Source: an uncultured Desulfosarcina sp.
Lineage (GTDB): Bacteria; Desulfobacterota; Desulfobacteria; Desulfobacterales; Desulfosarcinaceae
Reading direction: 5' to 3'
Length of the DNA stretch: 64,000 bases
Assembly: GCA_963674945.2 (NCBI GenBank)
Contig: CAXXWQ010000004.1
Location: 1,632,001-1,696,000 of the forward strand
The translations under genes were made by a program, and so were the position numbers. The notes below the pieces were generated by a model. It worked only from the letters and a program-made list of their open reading frames with translations, made no database searches and was not told the DNA's origin. Within the stretch, counting starts at the first letter, position 1, and every line of letters begins with the position of its first letter. Shown piece by piece: positions 57,213 to 64,000 of this stretch.

Positions 57213-57635
57213 ATGACATCAATAGCAGTCGAGACGATTGTGTGCCCGGAATGTGGTTTCAATCAGGAAACCGAACTATACGAATCAATAAACGCCATCG
57301 AGGACCCTGAACTGGTGGAACGCCTATTCACCAGGGAGATAAACGTGTTCACCTGTGCCAAATGTGGATATAGAGCTGAGGTAGAAGTCCCACTTCTGTA
57401 TAACGATTTGAAGACAGAGGTAAAGATTCAGTTTTTCCCGGCTATTTGGCTCGATAAAGCCCCTGCCGACCTGTGCCGGTATTATCGCAAAATGATGGCC
57501 CAGTTGAAATCCTTCCAGACCGATTTCGGTTTCATAGCCGAATCCATACAGAAACAAAAAATCCTTGTCGTCTTTTCCCTGGATGAAATGATTGCCCAAA
57601 TCAAGTTCAGACGGCACCTTCGCGAATGTAGTTGA
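57213..57635 (+). CDS. CpXC-domain protein
   Basis: CPEC...SIN....P.L...L....N.F.C..CG......LLY.D. Confidence 0.8.
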   Translation: MTSIAVETIVCPECGFNQETELYESINAIEDPELVERLFTREINVFTCAKCGYRAEVEVPLLYNDLKTEVKIQFFPAIWLDKAPADLCRYYRKMMAQLKSFQTDFGFIAESIQKQKILVVFSLDEMIAQIKFRRHLRECS

Positions 57636-57737
57636 ACAGGACCATAACCTTCAACTGCCAAACACGGATCAAAGTCCTAAATCATAAAATCGTAGTGCCG
57701 ATAACTGTTTCAATGGTGATTATGAAATCGTTGACCA

Positions 57738-58232
57738 ATGGAGAATCAAATGCCTGAAAAAGAACAATGGATTTACTGGGAAATACTTTTGAAGCGGTGG
57801 GGAATCAATCAGAAAACGATGGCCCAAATCCTTGAAGATGGTCTTCCGTGCTATGATAAACAAGGCAATATTTTTTTCTGGGAAGATGGTTGTGAACGAG
57901 ATACAGAAAAATTCAAAATGTCTGATGTTGAGAAGTACGAGGATGAACATCAGCATCTATTTGAGAACGGTAACGTAAGCCTTGACGCCAAGGAAAAGCG
58001 TGAGTTAGGCCAGTTGAGAAGCGAAAAGAAAAAGTGGGAGGCATCATTGAAGGTGGCCGTTAGGATCGGTATATTTTGTCAAGAGATGAACAGACCACTG
58101 AAAGGTTCCGAACTTGAAGATAAAATGCGTGAAATCGATAAAAACATAAAGGACACCACTATCAGAATGATACGAAAGGCGATGCCTGACGAATACAAAG
58201 ACAACGGAGGCAGACCAAAAAAGAACAAGTGA
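57738..58232 (+). CDS. Hypothetical, possible DNA-binding protein
   Basis: 164 aa; C-terminal helices ending GGRPKK. Confidence 0.7.
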   Translation: MENQMPEKEQWIYWEILLKRWGINQKTMAQILEDGLPCYDKQGNIFFWEDGCERDTEKFKMSDVEKYEDEHQHLFENGNVSLDAKEKRELGQLRSEKKKWEASLKVAVRIGIFCQEMNRPLKGSELEDKMREIDKNIKDTTIRMIRKAMPDEYKDNGGRPKKNK

Positions 58233-58411
58233 TTACGGGTAGATAAATAGCATTCCCATCAACTTTTTCCACGATTCCTCTCCCTTCTCTAATAGACAAA
58301 AACCCCATCAAGACATTCCTTATCAATGTTTCCGGCTGGTTTACTGGAAATAACCGCTATATGGTGGGCCAGGATTTAACTTTATTTCTCTAACGAAAAG
58401 GAGACCCAAAG

Positions 58412-58696
58412 ATGAGAGAGTTTAAGATGTACAACTGGGATGAGAGCATTATCAAGATAGGCAAAAGAAACTGCCCCCAATGTAATGCGGTGATGAAGTA
58501 CCTTGGTATTGAGTTTGAGTTTGAGACATACGCCCATATCTGGCGATGCTTTGCGGACGATTTTGAGCACGGCTATGCGGAAGCTCTAAACGAGGAAGAC
58601 ATAGCAATGATTATTGAGGACTTTCATTCAAAACAATCTAAACGACCATATCACGTTCATATGGTCGTTGATGTGGAAGTTGAAGCCAAGAGTTAA
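58412..58696 (+). CDS. Hypothetical protein with CxxC
   Basis: AAGGAG RBS; CPQC. Confidence 0.6.
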   Translation: MREFKMYNWDESIIKIGKRNCPQCNAVMKYLGIEFEFETYAHIWRCFADDFEHGYAEALNEEDIAMIIEDFHSKQSKRPYHVHMVVDVEVEAKS

Positions 58697-58785
58697 AAAG
58701 AAGCGGTATCTACCTTTGACGATTCGTATCGTCGAGGCCAGTAGACGATGACTGTAATGCTATTGCCAAGGAAGATTGAAGAACG

Positions 58786-60435
58786 ATGAGCGATTTACCC
58801 CGTGATGGGAAAGATTGGTTGGCGGATGCGGTAAAGATGAGACCAATGGAATCGTCCAGCAGTAGGTTGGACGCCCTTGTTGATGCGGTGTTCGAAGAAA
58901 TCTCAACTTTGGTGAAGGTTTCCAGCCGTCCCCGGCAGATGGAAGCCCTGAAAACCGTCCTGCTGAACCTCATCCACGCCCACCATTTCGACAAGCCGGT
59001 CCGGTATTCCCGAGACAAAAATCGCTATACACGAGATAGGCGGTATGGTCAGCTTCATTACACGTACGACCGGCTTATACCCATTATAGATGCCTTGGAA
59101 CGGCTTGGCTACATCGAACAGAGTTCTCATTACAACGACCCGGAGAGCGACAAGCACGGCCTCCAAACCCGTATGTGGGGTACGGATCGCCTCTGGGAAG
59201 GGATTCGTGAATACGGCTTGACACACCCTTTCGGCCCGGCCCCAAGACCAACGGAAGAGAAAGATGTCATCGTCTTACGCAATAAAGACAAACAGGACGT
59301 TGGCTACCGGGAAACACGCCAGACCCGACAGATGCGGGATGACCTGGAACGCTACAATGATTCCCTTCGCAAGCATTGTATCTCGGTGAAACTGACCGGC
59401 GACGACATTGTGGATAATCGCTGGCTGGTTGAAGATCTGTTTGAAAGCATCGGCAGGGGCAAGGTCTGGATTCGTTCCGCCCGGCTCAATAGCAAACATA
59501 ACAAGTATCACTATGTCCTACCAATACAATACTTTACTAAACATCTAATACCGTTAGGTAGGAATCCGTATAGAGTAATACAGTATACCAGAGACAGGAT
59601 GCCGGCAGGGAGTATCTCTATTCCCATTACTCATACGAAACGCCGGAAATCCTTACTGGACGTGCTTTTGCGACGTTTCTGGTCCGAAGCCCATTTCTTT
59701 GAAAAAGACCTTCACAAGCGTAGCATTGAGATTGGACGGATTCCCTATGACGAGCGTCAAAAGGTCCTATCTTTTGAGTTCCGGCTCAGCGACCTTGGGG
59801 TTGATGAATTGGAAGTCGTCTTGGACCACGAGCACCTGCGACGTATCTTCAATCTTGAATCCTGGAAGTTAGGCGGGCGGGCTTACGGGGCCTACCACCA
59901 AAGTATGCTCCGCAAACCGATGCGGAAAAACATCCTGATTGACGGCCAGCAGACCGTTGAAATCGATTATTCCGCCTTTCACATTCGGATGCTCTACCAC
60001 TGGGAGAGAATCGATTATACGAAAGACCCGTATCTTGAATGCGAAGGCCCGGAAATGCGGGACATCTACAAAGCGGTAGGGCTTATCGCCATAAACACCA
60101 CAGCGAAAAAAGCCAGTGGTGCTATTCGAAAAGAGTTGGATAAGCGGGGATTAGAGCCACCGAAACGGGATAAGCCGTATGCGAGCCTTGTAAGCCGGTT
60201 CAGAGAGACCCATCCAGACATTGAGCATCATCTGTTCTCCGGCATCGGCAGAACGCTACAAAACATAGATTCGATGATTATGAACGCTATTCTGGTTCGG
60301 CTTATGGACAACGACATTCTTGGCCTGCCGGTACACGACAGCGTCATAGTTCAACACCAACACGAAGCATTTACAAGGGAGGTGATGACCCAGGATTACA
60401 AGAAGGAAATGGGCTTCAAGCCCAGGATTGGATGA
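58786..60435 (+). CDS. Divergent family-A polymerase / T7-like RNA polymerase superfamily protein
   Basis: GGRAYG (cf. GR.Y), motif A-like VEIDYSAFHIRML, motif B-like R...K, LQ..DS, motif C-like PVHDS. Confidence 0.7.
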   Translation: MSDLPRDGKDWLADAVKMRPMESSSSRLDALVDAVFEEISTLVKVSSRPRQMEALKTVLLNLIHAHHFDKPVRYSRDKNRYTRDRRYGQLHYTYDRLIPIIDALERLGYIEQSSHYNDPESDKHGLQTRMWGTDRLWEGIREYGLTHPFGPAPRPTEEKDVIVLRNKDKQDVGYRETRQTRQMRDDLERYNDSLRKHCISVKLTGDDIVDNRWLVEDLFESIGRGKVWIRSARLNSKHNKYHYVLPIQYFTKHLIPLGRNPYRVIQYTRDRMPAGSISIPITHTKRRKSLLDVLLRRFWSEAHFFEKDLHKRSIEIGRIPYDERQKVLSFEFRLSDLGVDELEVVLDHEHLRRIFNLESWKLGGRAYGAYHQSMLRKPMRKNILIDGQQTVEIDYSAFHIRMLYHWERIDYTKDPYLECEGPEMRDIYKAVGLIAINTTAKKASGAIRKELDKRGLEPPKRDKPYASLVSRFRETHPDIEHHLFSGIGRTLQNIDSMIMNAILVRLMDNDILGLPVHDSVIVQHQHEAFTREVMTQDYKKEMGFKPRIG

Positions 60436-60607
60436 CTAACACGTCATCGTGTCCCCTCGCCGGGACAGGCATTTATGCCACCATTTGAGCGGAATCTCGT
60501 AAAACTACCAGGCCCCTGCCACCTCGGGCCTGGACAGGAGTCGGACATCGAGCCGGCTCCACAAGGTCGCTTTCAAAAGGCGACTGGGTACCGCCCTGAA
60601 CGGCACC
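60431..60607 (+). other. Array of seven consecutive stem-loops (candidate structured RNA or ssDNA element)
   Basis: Stems gatgac/gtcatc, tgtccc/gggaca, ggca/tgcc, ccaggccc/gggcctgg, ggagtcgg/ccggctcc, gtcgctt/aggcgac, ggtaccg/cggcacc. Confidence 0.6.
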
Positions 60608-60658
60608 GAGCCGAAAAAGCAGGGCCTGCCATAGCAAACACGGAGGTGTTTATGAACC

Positions 60659-60997
60659 GTGAAACATTTGGAACAGCAGTTAGGACAGGCGTTGAGTGCC
60701 GAAGAGGTGGCCCAGTATCTCGGCCTTGATGTCAAGACAGTGAGGAAGTATCATCAACGTTTAGGTGGAATACGCTTGGGCCGCCGTTTCGTGTTCTTTG
60801 AAAAGGAGCTTATCAATGCCGTATCAGAAAGGAAAGAAATGGATCGCCCAAGTGCGGAAGACAGCAGAGGATGGCCGGGAGTACAGGAAAAACAAGGTGT
60901 TCTTGACCAAGAAGGAAGCCAAGGACTGGGAAGCCAAGATGGTGCGAAAACCAGTCGAAGAGTGGGACTTGAAGACCGTCACGGTCTGTTTGAATGA
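60659..60997 (+). CDS. Excisionase-like HTH protein
   Basis: LSAEEVAQYLGLDVKTVRK...RLGRRFVF; overlaps the integrase 5' end. Confidence 0.8.
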   Translation: MKHLEQQLGQALSAEEVAQYLGLDVKTVRKYHQRLGGIRLGRRFVFFEKELINAVSERKEMDRPSAEDSRGWPGVQEKQGVLDQEGSQGLGSQDGAKTSRRVGLEDRHGLFE

Positions 60998-61934
60998 TTG
61001 GGCACAGGACTATCTCGACGTAGCCAGAGTGCGGTTTTCGACCAAGACCTACAAGGAAAAGGTCTCGATGTTCAAACGCTTCTTCAAGGTCATTGACCCG
61101 GATTTACCGATTGCCAAACTGAAACCCGGCGACGTATTGAAATACGTGCTCAAACAGAAGGAGAAAAGAAGCGGACACGCGGCCAACAAGGACCGCAAGA
61201 ACCTTGTAGCGGCCTGGAACTGGGGGATGAAGTACCTCAATCCACCCTTGCCGGGTCCCAACCCCTGCCTGGTGGATCGGATGCCAGAGGTTCGGCACCC
61301 ACGCTATGTACCGCCGGAAGAGGACTTTTGGAAAATCTATGCCGTGGCCGAAGGTCAGGACAAGGTGATGCTGTTGACGTTCCTACACCTCGCCGCTCGC
61401 CGTGGCGAAGTTTTCCGTCTAACCTGGCAGGATGTTGATTTCGGTAATGACCGGATACGTCTATGGACCCGCAAACGTATGGACGGTTCTTTTGAATGGG
61501 ACTGGTTGCCAATGACCAAGGAGTTGCGAAAGTCATTGCGATGGTGGTGGGAACACAGGCCGATCAAGGACCATACGCACGTTTTTCTGTGCCTGAACGA
61601 GCATCCAGGCCAAAGAGAAAACTATGGACACCCCTTTGTCAGCAATCAGAAGTTTATGCGTCGGATTTGTAAGGAAGCGAACGTCAAGCATTTTGGCTTC
61701 CACGCCATCAGGCACTTGACGGCATCCATCCTTTACCACCAAGGGGAACACGTAGCCCAAATCCAGGCCATTTTGCGACACCAGAGCTCGAAGACCACAG
61801 AGCACTATTTGCGAAGGATTGGGCTTGAACGTGTTCGCGACGCACTTGAAAGTTTGACTCCAAAGCAAGCGGACGCAGAGGTCATCGCCTTTGAAAAAGC
61901 GTTCGGAAATGGGCAATCGGGTGGTGAGAAGTGA
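60816..61934 (+). CDS. Tyrosine recombinase/integrase
   Basis: AARRGE, HAIRH, LRH, EHY catalytic residues; ATG 60816 with AAGGAG RBS. Confidence 0.95.
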   Translation: MPYQKGKKWIAQVRKTAEDGREYRKNKVFLTKKEAKDWEAKMVRKPVEEWDLKTVTVCLNDWAQDYLDVARVRFSTKTYKEKVSMFKRFFKVIDPDLPIAKLKPGDVLKYVLKQKEKRSGHAANKDRKNLVAAWNWGMKYLNPPLPGPNPCLVDRMPEVRHPRYVPPEEDFWKIYAVAEGQDKVMLLTFLHLAARRGEVFRLTWQDVDFGNDRIRLWTRKRMDGSFEWDWLPMTKELRKSLRWWWEHRPIKDHTHVFLCLNEHPGQRENYGHPFVSNQKFMRRICKEANVKHFGFHAIRHLTASILYHQGEHVAQIQAILRHQSSKTTEHYLRRIGLERVRDALESLTPKQADAEVIAFEKAFGNGQSGGEK

Positions 61935-61957
61935 AAAAGCCGTCTGAAAAGCCGTCA
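61934..61957. repeat. Putative integrase arm-type sites (2x AAAAGCCGTC)
   Basis: Matches the repeats at 50864-50906. Confidence 0.75.
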
Positions 61958-61975
61958 AACGGGGTGCTGGAAAAA

Positions 61976-62013
61976 GAAAAGAGCCCAACCGGTTTTCTAA
62001 CTGGTTGGACTCT
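61976..62013 (-). terminator. Element-supplied terminator for the tRNA operon
   Basis: agagcccaacc/ggttggactct stem plus A-run. Confidence 0.6.
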
Positions 62014-62023
62014 CTATGAAAAG

Positions 62024-62101
62024 TGGCGGGAGCGACGAGACTCGAACTCGCGACCTCCGGCGTGACAGGCCGGCGTTCTAACCAAACTGAACTACGCCCC
62101 C
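62024..62101 (-). tRNA. tRNA-Asp(GTC)
   Basis: Full cloverleaf, CCGGC-CTGTCAC-GCCGG, encoded CCA. Confidence 0.97.
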
Positions 62102-62124
62102 AAACTTGATATCAGCGTTTGAGC

Positions 62125-62200
62125 TGGTAGGCGGAACAGGGCTTGAACCTGTGACCCCCGGCTTGTAAGGCCGGTGCTCTCCCAACTGAGCTATCCGCCC
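62125..62200 (-). tRNA. tRNA-Val(TAC)
   Basis: Full cloverleaf, CCGGC-CTTACAA-GCCGG, encoded CCA. Confidence 0.97.
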
Positions 62201-62305
62201 GAATTATAAAGAGCTTTCTTTCGCAAGGACCCACGAAAGAAGAAGTGCATAGCTACCAATTCACCCAAATAAAGTCAAGCCAAAAAAACATGGGCGCTTC
62301 GATTT

Positions 62306-64000
62306 TCAATTGATGGACATCGTGGGTTGGTCGGAACCGCCGTTTTCCACCCCAACGGGCATGTCGATATTGGCAAAAAGTCGCTCGCCCTGTCCGATCA
62401 CCAGTGCATGGCCGAGAACTTCGTCCATATGCTCCACCGGAACCACCTTCATCTGGCGGGTTACCAGTTTGGGAATATCCTTCAGGTCCTTTTCATTCTC
62501 TTTGGGAATGATCACCTTGCGGATCCCCCCGCGGTGAGCGGCCAGCATCTTCTCCTTCAAACCGCCAATGGGCAAAACGCGTCCCCGTAGTGTGATCTCA
62601 CCGGTCATGGCCACATCCCTGCGTACCGGCCGACGGGTCAAGGCAGACACCAGGGAGGCACACATGGTGATGCCGGCAGACGGGCCATCTTTTGGAATGG
62701 CACCTTCCGGAATATGAATATGCAGGTCCAATTCCTTGTAGAAGTTCTTGTCGATGCAAAGGCTCTCCGCCCGGGAACGGACAAAGCTGACGGCCGCCTG
62801 GGCAGACTCTTGCATCACGTCTCCCAGCTTACCGGTGATATTGACTTTACCCTTCCCCGGCATGGTGAGGGTTTCTACGCTGAGAAGTTCCCCCCCGACC
62901 TGTGTCCAAGCAAGGCCTGTTACAAGCCCGACCTGATCCTTCTCTTCGATCTGGCTGATCTTGAAACGTGGTGGTCCCAAAAGGGCTGTAACAATATTGG
63001 AGGAGATAACGTGTTTTCTCTTCTCCTCTTTTTCCGTGACCACCTTGCGGGCGGTCTTTCTGCAGACAGATGAAATTTCCCGTTCCAGGTTTCGAACGCC
63101 CGCCTCGCGCGTATAGCGTTGAATGATGGTGTAGATGGCGGCCTTGGAAAAGGAAATATCCTCGTTTTTAAGACCGTTTGCGGCGATCTGCTTGGGAATC
63201 AGATGGTCCTTGGCAATGTTGTACTTTTCCAGTTCCGTGTACCCGGGCAATCGGATGATTTCCATGCGATCCTGAAGCGGCAACGGGATATCCGGCAGGG
63301 TGTTGGCCGTGGTAATAAAAAGGATCTCGGACAGATCGTAATCCAGATCCAGGTAATGGTCATTGAAATTGTAGTTTTGCTCCGGGTCCAGCACTTCCAG
63401 CAGTGCGGAAGACGGATCACCCCTGAAATCCATGCTCATCTTGTCGACTTCGTCCAGGCAGAAGACCGGGTTGTTCACGCCGACCTTTTTCAACGACTGG
63501 ATGATCTTTCCGGGCATGGCCCCGATGTACGTTCGGCGATGACCTCGGATTTCCGCCTCGTCACGAACGCCGCCGAGCGACAGACGGACGAACTTTCTCC
63601 CTGTGGCCCTGGCGACCGACTTGGCAAGGGAGGTCTTGCCCACACCGGGAGGTCCGACCAGGCAAAGGATGGGACCGCGCAACTTCTTCACCAGCGTCTG
63701 GACGGCCAGATACTCGACGATTCGCTCCTTGGGTTTTTCAAGGCCATAGTGATCTTCGTCCAGGATCTGTTCGGCCTCGATAAGGTCATGACGAACGCGG
63801 CTTTTGGAATACCACGGAAGGCTGATGATCCAATCGATATAGTTTCTCACCACCGTGGCTTCGGCCGACATGGGTGTCATGAGCTTGAGCTTTTTAAACT
63901 CTTGACGAACTTTGGCAGATGACTCTTTGGACATCCGCTTGCGTTTGATCTTTTTCTCAAGATCCTTCAGTTCGTCGCTTGCTTCGTCCTCGGCCCCCAT
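62306..64000 (-). CDS. lon: ATP-dependent protease La (5' part lies outside the window)
   Basis: [33 protein letters not shown]. Confidence 0.98.
   Translation of the reverse strand: MGAEDEASDELKDLEKKIKRKRMSKESSAKVRQEFKKLKLMTPMSAEATVVRNYIDWIISLPWYSKSRVRHDLIEAEQILDEDHYGLEKPKERIVEYLAVQTLVKKLRGPILCLVGPPGVGKTSLAKSVARATGRKFVRLSLGGVRDEAEIRGHRRTYIGAMPGKIIQSLKKVGVNNPVFCLDEVDKMSMDFRGDPSSALLEVLDPEQNYNFNDHYLDLDYDLSEILFITTANTLPDIPLPLQDRMEIIRLPGYTELEKYNIAKDHLIPKQIAANGLKNEDISFSKAAIYTIIQRYTREAGVRNLEREISSVCRKTARKVVTEKEEKRKHVISSNIVTALLGPPRFKISQIEEKDQVGLVTGLAWTQVGGELLSVETLTMPGKGKVNITGKLGDVMQESAQAAVSFVRSRAESLCIDKNFYKELDLHIHIPEGAIPKDGPSAGITMCASLVSALTRRPVRRDVAMTGEITLRGRVLPIGGLKEKMLAAHRGGIRKVIIPKENEKDLKDIPKLVTRQMKVVPVEHMDEVLGHALVIGQGERLFANIDMPVGVENGGSDQPTMSIN

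Larger units (their letters stand above)
50767..62068. mobile_element. Integrative element (~11.3 kb) inserted in the 3' half of tRNA-Asp
   Basis: Perfect 48-bp direct repeats at 50767-50814 and 62021-62068; tyrosine integrase next to the tRNA; accessory-type cargo. Confidence 0.95.

Noticed and set aside
58354..58370. Single NrdR-box-like word in the element
   Set aside because: Weak match with no partner box
50767..62068. Apparent absence of CCGCGG sites inside the element
   Set aside because: Scanned by eye only; roughly two sites are expected by chance, so absence is uninformative
50767..62068. Prophage call
   Set aside because: No terminase, capsid, tail or lysis genes recognised

Overview
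Chromosomal window from what looks like a deltaproteobacterial sulfate reducer (Desulfosarcina/Desulfobacterales-like; inferred from gene content only). Left to right: an Agl-Glt-like operon (TolQ, two TolR, GltF, FHA/TonB-C, OM beta-barrel, TPR); minCDE; tRNA-Met; a zinc-ribbon/acidic/DUF3426 protein; hpt; a J-domain protein; mnmG head-to-head with a TIGR01212 radical SAM gene; a CecR/YbhGFSR-type ABC exporter; lgt; a sigma-54 activator; cooS; glutaredoxin plus FTR; a glycogen cluster; HU, DksA and a degenerate glgA paralog; an ~11.3-kb element integrated in tRNA-Asp; tRNA-Asp, tRNA-Val and lon. The integrated element (48-bp att direct repeats) is the best candidate for an undescribed system. 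It carries a Vsr/C5-MTase/Eco29kI RM system, a hairpin-punctuated array of small genes with ArdC, and a PolA/T7-RNAP-superfamily-like protein followed by seven consecutive hairpins, then xis and a tyrosine integrase. Several intergenic repeat families are present, one of which sits exactly on stop codons. All family calls come from motif recognition by eye; no database searches were run.
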